The notes under the pieces are model-generated. The model did no database searches. It was not told the origin of the DNA and saw nothing but the letters and a program-made list of their open reading frames with translations. DNA of 62,652 bases, the filler included, from Candidatus Coatesbacteria bacterium (lineage in GTDB: Bacteria > JAFGND01): the NCBI GenBank assembly GCA_016927185.1. It is 5 parts of 5 records of this genome, joined end to end, with 100 filler letters (N's around TTAATTAATTAA, not from the genome) between each part and the next. Parts side by side here need not be neighbours in the genome. Positions count along the whole stretch, not along the records: positions 47,696 to 56,431 come from JAFGND010000083.1; positions 56,532 to 62,652 come from JAFGND010000015.1; 3 more parts are not named here. One strand, given 5' to 3'. This document shows, piece by piece, positions 50,338 through 59,623 of this stretch. Made by a program: the position numbers and the translations under genes. The first letter of the stretch is position 1, and each line of letters opens with the position of its first letter.

Positions 50338-51606
50338 ATGAAAAAATACTCATTATTAATTCTTATAATTTTAGCTAGTTTCGCTTTTGCTGCTCCCGGT
50401 GATCTTCTATGGAGATATGAAACAATGGGCTGGGTTGACTCTTCTCCATTTGTTTCAAACAGGGTAGTATTTATCGGAAGTTATGATGATTATATGTATG
50501 CGATAAATGCTTCTGATGGAACAATGAAATGGAGATATAAAACCCTGGATGATGTTTATACTTCACCTTTTGTTTCAGATGGAGCAGTCTTTTTCGGCAG
50601 CGAAGATGATTACATTTATGCATTGAATGAAGAAGATGGAACTCTTATATGGAATTACAAGACAGGTGATGATGTCTATTCATCTCCTTTTGTATTGGAT
50701 GGAGTGGTTTATATAGGAAATCTCGAGGGGATACTATTTGCACTAAATGCAGCAGATGGGACTCTCAAATGGAGTTACAAAACAGGAGGCTTTATAAGAT
50801 CGTCTCCATGCACCTCGGGAGATGCTGTCTTTGTAGGAAGCAAGGATAAAAGTATGTATGCATTTAACTTGTCAGGTGGAACCATCAAATGGAAATACGA
50901 TACAAGTGATTGGGTATGCTCTTCTCCTTGCGTATCCGAAGGTCTTGTTTACATAGGAAGTGAAGATGATCATCTTCATGCAGTATCAGAGTCAGATGGA
51001 GCCTTCAAATGGAGATATCAGACAGGAAGTGATATAAGATCATCACCATGTGTTGATTCAGGGACAGTCTATGTTGGAAGCGATGATTACCATCTTTATG
51101 CAGTAAATGCTACAGATGGAGCCTATAAATGGAGATTAAAGGCAGGAGATGTAATTCGCTCTTCCCCATGCGTTTCAGAAAACGTGGTTTATGTCGGGAG
51201 TGATGACTACAATCTTTATGCAATAGACGCTTCAAATGGCGCATTGAAATGGAAATACGAGGCAGGTTATTTCATTTTTTCCTCTCCATGCGTTTCAGAA
51301 GGTGTTGTCTACTTCGGATGTGATGATCATTTCGTATATGCAATTGAAACATATGGTTTTAAAGGTTTCTCAGACAGAGGAAAAACAGCAAAACTCCCTC
51401 AGTTTTCATTTTCTGCTTCACCAAATCCTTTCTCAACCTGTCTTACTCTGTCTATACCTTCTGAAGCTAAAGTATATTCATTGACAGGAAGACTTGTCAT
51501 GAATCTGGGCAAGGGCAATCATAAAATTGATACAAGCAGCTGGAAAAATGGAGTATATATCTTGAAAGCAGGTAATCAAGCAAAGAGGATAGTCAAGGTA
51601 GACTAG
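50338..51606 (+). CDS. exported PQQ-like 8-bladed beta-propeller with short T9SS-like CTD
   Basis: Signal peptide plus APGDLLWRY; eight 40-aa repeats; SPNPFS...YSLTGR...DTSSW..GVY. Confidence 0.9.
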   Translation: MKKYSLLILIILASFAFAAPGDLLWRYETMGWVDSSPFVSNRVVFIGSYDDYMYAINASDGTMKWRYKTLDDVYTSPFVSDGAVFFGSEDDYIYALNEEDGTLIWNYKTGDDVYSSPFVLDGVVYIGNLEGILFALNAADGTLKWSYKTGGFIRSSPCTSGDAVFVGSKDKSMYAFNLSGGTIKWKYDTSDWVCSSPCVSEGLVYIGSEDDHLHAVSESDGAFKWRYQTGSDIRSSPCVDSGTVYVGSDDYHLYAVNATDGAYKWRLKAGDVIRSSPCVSENVVYVGSDDYNLYAIDASNGALKWKYEAGYFIFSSPCVSEGVVYFGCDDHFVYAIETYGFKGFSDRGKTAKLPQFSFSASPNPFSTCLTLSIPSEAKVYSLTGRLVMNLGKGNHKIDTSSWKNGVYILKAGNQAKRIVKVD

Positions 51607-51664
51607 TTTTCAACAGAATAGCAGTTTTGTTATGAATTCTTGTGAATGAGAATATGAAGGAGTC

Positions 51665-52486
51665 ATGTTGAGAGCTTCCAATCTTACAATTTCAATACCT
51701 GCAGGGAAATGCCAGAAAAATTGTCCCTATTGCATCAGCAAGATGACAGGATATCCAGAACCTGATGAAAGATTGATGCTCAGGAAAATAAGTAAAGTGA
51801 GAAAGCTTGCAGAACTCTCAGGTGTGACATCTGTCCTTATCACTGGAAAAAGCGAGCCATTCCAGAATTATCAATTCATGAGGAATTTCCTGGATTCGTT
51901 TCGGGATTTTCCAGTTGAAATACAAACCAATGGAATACTGCTGAGTAAATGGAATGATTATTCATCACTTAAGGATGAAGGTGTCGACATAATCGCATTC
52001 TCGATAGACAAGATGAAACAGCTGAGAGAATATTCTGAATGCTTCAGTAAACTGCACAAGGCAGACATATTAGTAAGAATTTGCCTGAATGTAACAGATA
52101 TGATTATGCCTGTGACTTACAATGAGATAATTGAACAGGTAAGAAGTATTGAAGCAGAGCAGCTTCTGTTCAGGAAAATTATGGAACCTACTTCAACTGT
52201 TGACACACTGGAAGCACAGAAAACAAGGGAATGGATCAGGGAACATACCTTGTCAGGTAGCTATTACGAGAAACTGCAAAATGACAGTTCTAGAAATATT
52301 GATGAAAGATGGATAAGAGTAACAGCTAATGGCATGCGTATATGGGATAATAATGGATTATCAGTAAGCTTCTCTGATTATTGCATACAGGAGAAAAGCA
52401 ATGAGGATGAGATAAGGAGCCTCATCTTTCTTGAGGATGGACACCTTTATACAGCATGGAACAGCAAAGCGAGCATCTTGTTTTAG
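51665..52486 (+). CDS. radical SAM protein of unknown function
   Basis: CQKNCPYC, ITGKSEP, QTNG. Confidence 0.85.
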   Translation: MLRASNLTISIPAGKCQKNCPYCISKMTGYPEPDERLMLRKISKVRKLAELSGVTSVLITGKSEPFQNYQFMRNFLDSFRDFPVEIQTNGILLSKWNDYSSLKDEGVDIIAFSIDKMKQLREYSECFSKLHKADILVRICLNVTDMIMPVTYNEIIEQVRSIEAEQLLFRKIMEPTSTVDTLEAQKTREWIREHTLSGSYYEKLQNDSSRNIDERWIRVTANGMRIWDNNGLSVSFSDYCIQEKSNEDEIRSLIFLEDGHLYTAWNSKASILF

Positions 52487-52544
52487 GGATGTTATAAATT
52501 AAATCAATTGCAAGTGAATATCTTATTAAATAAGAAGGAACAGT

Positions 52545-52883
52545 ATGAAAAAGTCATTGCTTCTTGCTTTTATTCTTGTTTGCTGTAATCTGTATTCACA
52601 AGACAAAATGCTGTCTGAAGACAAATTACTTCATTTCTCTGTTTCCACTGCAATGTCATTTTCCGGACATTATTTAATGACAAGACAGGATTTAATAGGA
52701 AGAGCACCGAGGCAAGTGCTTGTCATAAGCGGTTCCTTCATCACTGGCTGCATGAAAGAAAAAAGAGATGGAAGATCTGGAGGATCAGGAGTATCAGCAA
52801 AGGATTTGCTCGCAGATGCAGCAGGTATACTTGCAGGAACAGCCATCTTTCTTATCCTGAAGCCTGAGGAAAAGGTCTTCTGA
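52545..52883 (+). CDS. YfiM/DUF2279-like small membrane protein
   Basis: DKLLHF, KE..D...GSG.S.KDL.AD..G. Confidence 0.65.
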   Translation: MKKSLLLAFILVCCNLYSQDKMLSEDKLLHFSVSTAMSFSGHYLMTRQDLIGRAPRQVLVISGSFITGCMKEKRDGRSGGSGVSAKDLLADAAGILAGTAIFLILKPEEKVF

Positions 52884-52975
52884 TTTCATGCATATTTACT
52901 AATAAAAAGCTGGACATTTACTAGAACATATGAGAAGATAAATCCACTGTAATATATGAAAATGAAAGGATAAGA

Positions 52976-54946
52976 ATGCCTCTCTTCAAACTTCATTCAC
53001 CATTCAATCCTGCCGGGGATCAGCCCCAGGCAATTGACAAAATAGTTGAACATATTCAGAACAATGAAAGATATATCACACTTCTGGGAGTTACTGGTTC
53101 AGGAAAGACATATACCCTTGCAAACGTAATAGCCAGACTTGACAGACCCGTACTTGTAATCTCACATAACAAGACACTTGCAGCGCAATTGTATGCTGAA
53201 TTCTCAGCTTTCTTTCCGGAAAATGCTGTTGGGTTCTTCATTAGCTATTATGATTACTATCAACCAGAAGCCTATATTCCCAGATCTGATCAGTATATAC
53301 CCAAAGATGCTGATGTGAACCAGGATATAGACAGAATGAGGCTTGCTGCTACAAGTGAACTTCTGTCAAGGCGTGATGTTATCATAGTAGCTTCAGTAAG
53401 CTGCATATATGGATTAGGTGCACCTGGCGATATAGAGAAAATGGTTCTCAAATTTAAGACAGGAGACAGGATAGACAGGTACCGCTTCTTCCAGGATCTT
53501 GCAATAAGACAGTATTCAAGAAATGATCTTGTACTAAACAGGGGAGAATTCCAGGTAAAGGGAGACATAATTGATATATTTCCTTCTTATGAGGAAAGAA
53601 TAATCAGAATTGAACTCTTTGATGATGAGATAGAGCGAATATCTTTTCTGCATCAGGTTACAAAAGAAAAACTAAAGACAGTAAAAGATTATACTCTTTT
53701 CCCTGCAAAGCATTTTGTAATGCCAGAAGAAAGACTGAATTACGCATTGAAAAATATCAAGGAAGAGCTGAAGGAAAGATATAAATATTTCACTGATTTA
53801 GGGAGAATTGTAGAAGCAGAGAGAATAAAGACAAGAACTGAATATGATCTTGATATGCTTCAGGAAATGGGCTACTGCTCAGGAATAGAGAATTATTCAA
53901 GGCATTTCGATGGACGTTCAGCAGGAACAAGACCAGCTTGTCTTCTTGATTACTTTCCCAAGGATTTCATTACAATTGTTGATGAGAGCCATATGACAAT
54001 TCCGCAGTTGCATGGAATGTACAGGGGAGACAGATCAAGGAAGGAAACGCTCATAGAATATGGTTTCAGGCTGCCTTCTGCTCTTGATAACAGACCGCTT
54101 TTTTTCGAAGAATGGGAGATATTGACAGGGCAGACTATATATATGTCAGCTACTCCCGGACCTCATGAAAAGAACATCACATCAGCTACTTTGGTGGAAC
54201 AGGTAATTAGACCAACAGGACTTGTTGATCCTGAGGTTGAAGTAAGACCTGCAGAAAATCAGATTGAGGATCTGCTGAATGAGCTTAAAAGAAAGGAAGA
54301 GCATGAGAAGATACTCATAACCACTTTAACAAAAAGAATGAGTGAGGATCTCTCTGAATACCTTCTCAATAGAGGCTATAAAGTTGCATATCTTCATAGC
54401 GACATAGATTCTCTTGACAGGATTGAATTACTCAAGAACTTTCATGGGGAAACATTTCAAATACTTGTAGGAATAAACCTTCTTCGGGAAGGACTTGATC
54501 TTCCAAAGGTGACACTTGTCGCTATACTGGATGCTGACAAGGAAGGATTCCTGCGATCAGAGACAAGTCTTATTCAAACTTCAGGAAGAGCGGCAAGAAA
54601 TGTTACAGGCAAAGTCATCCTGTATGCTGATAGACTTACTGGCAGTATTCAAAGAGCTCTGGGCGAAATGAACAGAAGACGCGAAAAGCAGCTTGATTAT
54701 AACAAGAAGCATGGAATTATTCCCAGAAGCATTACTCCAAAAGAATTTTCTGCTCCCGGTTTCGAGAACTTGATGAAGAAGAAAGGAAAGAAGCAGGAAA
54801 TAAGGATACCCAAAGATGAAATTGCTTCAATAATAGAGAAACTAAAGAAAGATATGATTGAAGCTGCAAATAATCTTGATTTCGAGAAAGCAGCATTCCT
54901 GAGGGATCAGATAATGTCAATAACAGGAGAACTTCCAATCACTTGA
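52976..54946 (+). CDS. uvrB: excinuclease ABC subunit B
   Basis: PAGDQP, GVTGSGKT, YYDYYQPEAY, DESH, GINLLREGLD, UVR domain. Confidence 0.98.
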   Translation: MPLFKLHSPFNPAGDQPQAIDKIVEHIQNNERYITLLGVTGSGKTYTLANVIARLDRPVLVISHNKTLAAQLYAEFSAFFPENAVGFFISYYDYYQPEAYIPRSDQYIPKDADVNQDIDRMRLAATSELLSRRDVIIVASVSCIYGLGAPGDIEKMVLKFKTGDRIDRYRFFQDLAIRQYSRNDLVLNRGEFQVKGDIIDIFPSYEERIIRIELFDDEIERISFLHQVTKEKLKTVKDYTLFPAKHFVMPEERLNYALKNIKEELKERYKYFTDLGRIVEAERIKTRTEYDLDMLQEMGYCSGIENYSRHFDGRSAGTRPACLLDYFPKDFITIVDESHMTIPQLHGMYRGDRSRKETLIEYGFRLPSALDNRPLFFEEWEILTGQTIYMSATPGPHEKNITSATLVEQVIRPTGLVDPEVEVRPAENQIEDLLNELKRKEEHEKILITTLTKRMSEDLSEYLLNRGYKVAYLHSDIDSLDRIELLKNFHGETFQILVGINLLREGLDLPKVTLVAILDADKEGFLRSETSLIQTSGRAARNVTGKVILYADRLTGSIQRALGEMNRRREKQLDYNKKHGIIPRSITPKEFSAPGFENLMKKKGKKQEIRIPKDEIASIIEKLKKDMIEAANNLDFEKAAFLRDQIMSITGELPIT

Positions 54947-56329
54947 TTAAAAAAATTTGTCCTTCAGGAAAATTATCTGGGAAATTGCATACTCAGCTTG
55001 AATATACAAGAAAAACAAAACTGTTAATATAAAGACAAGTCTTCTTTTCCCTGATGCTTTCTTGTAAAGGCTTGATATGCTACCATCCATGCTTGATAAT
55101 GAATCAAGGGAAATCGCGGAAAGTATACCTATCAAAGGCATCACAGGAATGCAATATAAACCTGAAGAAAAAGATATCCAGTAAGGAATAGCATACATTG
55201 ATATTATCAAGATGATGCTTTTCAGACTATTCCTTGCTTTGTTTTCATCAAGAAGTATTAGTACAAGAGATGTCAGAATTATGAATATATGAAAAAAGAA
55301 ATCAAGTATCACTGAGATATATGCAATAGACCTGTTCAATGCAGTATATCTCATCTTTTTTAATATTGTGCTGCCTGTATAAGAATTAAATGCGAAAAAT
55401 GATCTGATCCTGCTAGTTGTTCTTATTACGAAAAGATCGGGTCTAGTCTTGATGTTATTCAAGGTATAATTGAAGAAAAATTTTTCCTGCTCATCAAGTG
55501 GCATACTCAGAATTTTGGTAACCATCTCAAGATAACCAGCAGGAATCCTCTTGTTATTTGGTGAAATTTCTCCAAAAGGCCATGTCCTGTAAAGAGGCGT
55601 GAATTCATTATTACCATAAAAAAAGTTTCTTGAATTGGCAGCGTTAATGAATACCAGTTTGCCGGTTTTCATATGCACAAATGAAATCCATGATATTATC
55701 AGTAATAATGATGCAGCAAGCATTATCAAGTAATTCCTTATATTTCTTGTTTTATATAGTATATGTAAAGGTATGGCAATACAAAGCAAAAGGTTCGATG
55801 GTCTGATAAGAACAAGCAGGGAGAGTACCAGTCCCAGTAAAATGAAAGTCACTAGCTTGCTTTCTTTATTGATTTTTTGCAACAGGAAGAATATCATGAT
55901 TATTAAAGGTATTATTATTCCCTGAGTCATAGGAGCTATTGTGAAATATATGAAAGAGGGAAAATATGTAAAAATTATAAGATAGACATTAGCGGTTTTT
56001 CTTGTAATGATCTGCTTCATGATAAAGTATAAAGAACAAGCGAACACAATGTACATGAGTATCATGGAAATCCTTGCAATTATCAAGCTTGCACCAAATA
56101 TCGAATAAAAGAAGAACAGGTAAAATGACATTCCAGGAGGCCAGTAAGGGACTTCAAATACACCTTTCAGGTATTGCAGGGCAACTATATGATAGCTTAA
56201 ATCATCTCCAAGAAATGGTGAATCCCTCAAGAAAAAGATAGTTGCTATACGAAAGAGAATTCCTGTGAATATTATATAAATGAAACTCCATTTATTATCC
56301 AGCAAATCAATAAATGGAGTTTTATTCAC
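54947..56329 (-). CDS. ArnT/PMT-like (GT-C) membrane glycosyltransferase
   Basis: Many TM segments, DD..Y, YWPPG, LIRP, NFFYGNN. Confidence 0.7.
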   Translation of the reverse strand: MNKTPFIDLLDNKWSFIYIIFTGILFRIATIFFLRDSPFLGDDLSYHIVALQYLKGVFEVPYWPPGMSFYLFFFYSIFGASLIIARISMILMYIVFACSLYFIMKQIITRKTANVYLIIFTYFPSFIYFTIAPMTQGIIIPLIIMIFFLLQKINKESKLVTFILLGLVLSLLVLIRPSNLLLCIAIPLHILYKTRNIRNYLIMLAASLLLIISWISFVHMKTGKLVFINAANSRNFFYGNNEFTPLYRTWPFGEISPNNKRIPAGYLEMVTKILSMPLDEQEKFFFNYTLNNIKTRPDLFVIRTTSRIRSFFAFNSYTGSTILKKMRYTALNRSIAYISVILDFFFHIFIILTSLVLILLDENKARNSLKSIILIISMYAIPYWISFSSGLYCIPVMPLIGILSAISLDSLSSMDGSISSLYKKASGKRRLVFILTVLFFLYIQAEYAISQIIFLKDKFF

Positions 56330-56431
56330 TATTCAGCATCCTTGACTTTCAGTATTCTTTCATCGGAATTAGCACGCAGGGTAGGTGCATACATTGCAGA
56401 AGCTAAAGCAGGCAGGGCATGGAATGTACCC
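56329..56431 (-). CDS. 3' end of a probable bacterial alpha-2-macroglobulin gene
   Basis: GTFHALPALASAMYAPTLRANSDERILKV resembles the A2M C-terminal G.F..P.A..AMY.P motif; stop overlaps the next GTG. Confidence 0.5.
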
Positions 56432-56531
56432 NNNNNNNNNNNNNNNNNNNNNNNNNNNNNNNNNNNNNNNNNNNNTTAATTAATTAANNNNNNNNNNNNN
56501 NNNNNNNNNNNNNNNNNNNNNNNNNNNNNNN
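56432..56531. other. artificial contig linker
   Basis: N44-TTAATTAATTAA-N44. Confidence 0.98.
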
Positions 56532-56533
56532 GA

Positions 56534-57439
56534 ATGAGTTCAACAATGAGTTCATATCAATTAAAGTTAAGCAGTTGGCTTTTAAAGTATGCACCTAAGA
56601 TTAGTTTTAAAAAACAAGGTGATTGTTTTGAACAGAAATATTCCTTGTTATTTAAAATCTTTTTTCCCAATATAGAAAAGTTTTGGAGTAATAATATAAT
56701 TCCTATTTCAGAAAGGATGAGTAATTTTGCTAATCCAAATGTTGGAAATAGAGATGTAATAAGAAAAGATGTTAATCCTCTTTTAACTATAATAGCTGAT
56801 TTACATTATTCTGTGTTCTTGAATCTAGTTTATGCTTATTATTATATATATAAGCACAGTCCTTCAAGACTAGAAGATTTCTATTATCATATTGCTTCAG
56901 CAATAGACGTGACTGAAAAATTTATTGCATGGGTATATCTTTTAGACTGTAAAATTAGTAATAAAACATTTAGTTATTCAGATATAGCGGATGAAGGCAA
57001 TATTAGAAATGGTGTTTTATATGATAATAATACAACTTATAAAGAAGATAGAATTAAAGAATTATTTTGTTCCTATTTTCCGATTGATATGAATCCATTT
57101 AAGAATAGAACAAACATAGAATTTATATGTTCTGTCTTAAATTATAGGCACATCTCGACCCATTCTTTACATATTGGAAAAATTCATATAGAACATGGAT
57201 ATCAATTAATACCAAAGAGAGAAGTAGTTAACAGATATAGACGTTTTTCAGAAATAAGAGAAGCAGCTAATAATAGTACATTATTAAATCGTGATTTCAT
57301 TAGAATGGATACACAAATGAAAAATGATTTAAAAGAGCTTCTAAGAATTTTGAATTTAATGTGGGAAAAGCCTTTGAGGGATTTCGAAGATTATTTCAAA
57401 ACTGATAATGCTGAATTAATTAAGCTTTATAATTTTTAA
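56534..57439 (+). CDS. putative HEPN-domain protein (may be 5' truncated)
   Basis: RHISTH = R-x4-H motif at 57146-57163 in a helical protein; very AT-rich; next to an RM locus. Confidence 0.5.
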   Translation: MSSTMSSYQLKLSSWLLKYAPKISFKKQGDCFEQKYSLLFKIFFPNIEKFWSNNIIPISERMSNFANPNVGNRDVIRKDVNPLLTIIADLHYSVFLNLVYAYYYIYKHSPSRLEDFYYHIASAIDVTEKFIAWVYLLDCKISNKTFSYSDIADEGNIRNGVLYDNNTTYKEDRIKELFCSYFPIDMNPFKNRTNIEFICSVLNYRHISTHSLHIGKIHIEHGYQLIPKREVVNRYRRFSEIREAANNSTLLNRDFIRMDTQMKNDLKELLRILNLMWEKPLRDFEDYFKTDNAELIKLYNF

Positions 57440-57462
57440 AACTTAGAAATGGAGGTTTATAT

Positions 57463-57639
57463 ATGATTATTCCTATTAATCCTGAAGACTTTGGTCTAAC
57501 AAAAGAAGCATTTGATAATTTAAGCCAAGAAGAAAAAGACACACTTATAAGTGAAAAATTTGCATCAATTCAATATCCAAAATCAACTGCTGGAGCAACT
57601 TGTATTGTTGATGCTAGTGGTATAATTAATCAAAGTTAA
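57463..57639 (+). CDS. 58-aa small protein not in the ORF track
   Basis: GGAGGT RBS at 57451-57456; MIIPINPEDFG...STAGATCIVDASGIINQS; terminator follows. Confidence 0.7.
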   Translation: MIIPINPEDFGLTKEAFDNLSQEEKDTLISEKFASIQYPKSTAGATCIVDASGIINQS

Positions 57640-57652
57640 TATTTTCTTCTCT

Positions 57653-57684
57653 CAGCAAGGCTTTCGCCTTGCTGTTTCTTTTTT
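57653..57684 (+). terminator. intrinsic terminator
   Basis: CAGCAAGGC-TTTC-GCCTTGCTG followed by TTTCTTTTTT. Confidence 0.9.
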
Positions 57685-57748
57685 CTTGACCAGTTTGTTT
57701 CCTGTTTCATGCAAAGTTGACATTAACAAAATTGAGAAGGAGCAAAAT

Positions 57749-59578
57749 ATGTCTGCTCAGACAGAAAATAAAAAGCAAACCGAATTGCTTGATAGAACCT
57801 TGTTTCTGGATGTAATAGAGAAAGGAAAGCAGGAAGGTTTGCTTTCTTTCAACGAAGACCGCTCAAAGATAATTTATCATTGCAAGAGGGATTATACAAC
57901 AAGTTTCAAGAATCCAGAGGAAACAATAAGAGCTTATTATTACACGGAGCTTGTCTTGGATTATCAATATCCAAAGAAGAGAATTGATTTAGAGGTTCTT
58001 ATTCCAAAGAGATTGCCTGAAGACAGAGCGGATATAGTTGTCTATGAAGATGATGATTGCTTGAAACCGTATATTACTGTTGAAGCAAAAAGGGAAGGTA
58101 TAACTGACGCTGAATTCAATCAGGCAATAGAACAGGTCTTTGGAAATGCTGTTTCAATAGCTTCTGTATATGCTGTTGTTATTGCAGGATTTACAAAAAG
58201 GTCTTTCAAGTTGAAAGGTTTTCCTCCTCTGGAAAGAAAGAAGAACATAATAGCAGTTATTCCAAAGAAATATGAAAAGGAACAGAAATATACTTACATA
58301 AAAGGTGATGCATTTAATGACTTGAAAATAGTCAAGCAGGAAGACTTGAAGAATGCGCTAAAGAAATCGCATGACACAGTCTGGGAAGGTGGCAAGCGAG
58401 ACCCTACATCAGCATTTGATGAGGTTTCAAAACTGATTTTCTGCAAACTGAAAGACGAGAAAGATACAAAGAAAGGTGAACCTTACAAGTTCCAGATTGG
58501 TTCGCATGAGCTTGCTTCTGAAGTGTCTGACAGGATAAGGAAGATATATGAGAAAGCAAGAGAAAGGGACGCAGAAGTTTTCAAGGAAAGTATTAATCTG
58601 GAAGACGAGATATTATTCAGTGTAGTAAATCACATTCAGGAAATCAGTTTCAGCAAGACTGAACTGGACATAAAAGGTGAAGCATTCGAAGAATTCATGC
58701 AGGGATTTTTCAAAGGTCAGATGGGTCAGTTTTTTACTCCGAGAAAAGTGGTTGATTTCTGTGTCAATATGATGAGTCCTGACAAAGATGCTCTCATTCT
58801 TGATCCTGCTTGTGGCAGTGGTGGCTTCCTTCTTAATTGTCTGGAACATGTAAAAAAGAGGGTTGAACAGGATTACGAGGAAGAGGCATATAATCAATGG
58901 CATGAATTCGCAAAAAACAATCTCTTTGGTATTGAAGTAAATGAGAAGATTGCTCGCGTTTGCAAAATGAACATGATTATACACGATGACGGACATACAA
59001 ATATCATAAGCACAGATGCCCTAAAGGAAATAGAAAACAAGGACAAGAATATCAAGGGAATAATTGACCTGAACAAGAAAATTGACAAGAATAGCTTTGA
59101 TTTGATACTGACTAATCCGCCCTTTGGAGCAACAATAAAAAGAAGCGAAAAGAGCTATTTAAATAATTATAACTTAGGCAAGAACAAGAAGAACCAGAAA
59201 ACAGAAATCCTGTTTATTGAAAGAGTAATTGAGTTTGTCAAACCAGTAACTGGCAGGATTGCTATTGTATTACCTGACGGGATATTAACAAACTCATCTC
59301 TTCAATATGTAAGGGATTTCATTATGGAGAAATGTCAGATACTTGCAATAGTATCTCTTCCTCAGACTGCATTTTCATATTATGGTGCAGGTGTAAAAGC
59401 TTCTCTTGTTTTCCTTCGTAAAAAAGGTGACTATGAAATGCTGGAAGATTATCCTATTTTCATGGCAATAGCTGAAAAAATAGGATATGATGCAACAGGC
59501 AGGGAAATACCTGAAAATGATTTTTCAGAAATTCTAAAAGCATACAAGAACTTCAAGGAGCATAAACACCCTTTTTAG
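57749..59578 (+). CDS. fused restriction endonuclease (HsdR_N-type PD-(D/E)xK) and N6-adenine methyltransferase, type IIB/IIG-like RM subunit
   Basis: PEE.IR, RADIVV...VEAK; GQFFTP, DPACGSGGF, NPPF; AAGGAG RBS before ATG 57749. Confidence 0.88.
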   Translation: MSAQTENKKQTELLDRTLFLDVIEKGKQEGLLSFNEDRSKIIYHCKRDYTTSFKNPEETIRAYYYTELVLDYQYPKKRIDLEVLIPKRLPEDRADIVVYEDDDCLKPYITVEAKREGITDAEFNQAIEQVFGNAVSIASVYAVVIAGFTKRSFKLKGFPPLERKKNIIAVIPKKYEKEQKYTYIKGDAFNDLKIVKQEDLKNALKKSHDTVWEGGKRDPTSAFDEVSKLIFCKLKDEKDTKKGEPYKFQIGSHELASEVSDRIRKIYEKARERDAEVFKESINLEDEILFSVVNHIQEISFSKTELDIKGEAFEEFMQGFFKGQMGQFFTPRKVVDFCVNMMSPDKDALILDPACGSGGFLLNCLEHVKKRVEQDYEEEAYNQWHEFAKNNLFGIEVNEKIARVCKMNMIIHDDGHTNIISTDALKEIENKDKNIKGIIDLNKKIDKNSFDLILTNPPFGATIKRSEKSYLNNYNLGKNKKNQKTEILFIERVIEFVKPVTGRIAIVLPDGILTNSSLQYVRDFIMEKCQILAIVSLPQTAFSYYGAGVKASLVFLRKKGDYEMLEDYPIFMAIAEKIGYDATGREIPENDFSEILKAYKNFKEHKHPF

Positions 59579-59623
59579 TCCCCCCTGACTTGGAAGACAA
59601 GATTTTTATTACAAGGTCAGGGG
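59555..59623 (+). promoter_or_regulatory. predicted -1 programmed ribosomal frameshift signal
   Basis: AAGGAG 59555-60; C_CCT_TTT 59569-75 directly before TAG; stem CCCCTGACTT 59582-91 / AGGTCAGGGG 59614-23. Confidence 0.75.

Noticed and set aside
57686-57748. TTG-start N-terminal extension of the RM gene
   Set aside because: Starts right after the upstream terminator; ATG 57749 has an AAGGAG RBS
59590-59592. Independent TTG start for the specificity subunit
   Set aside because: No SD at a suitable distance and the codon is inside a 10-bp stem; disfavoured but not excluded
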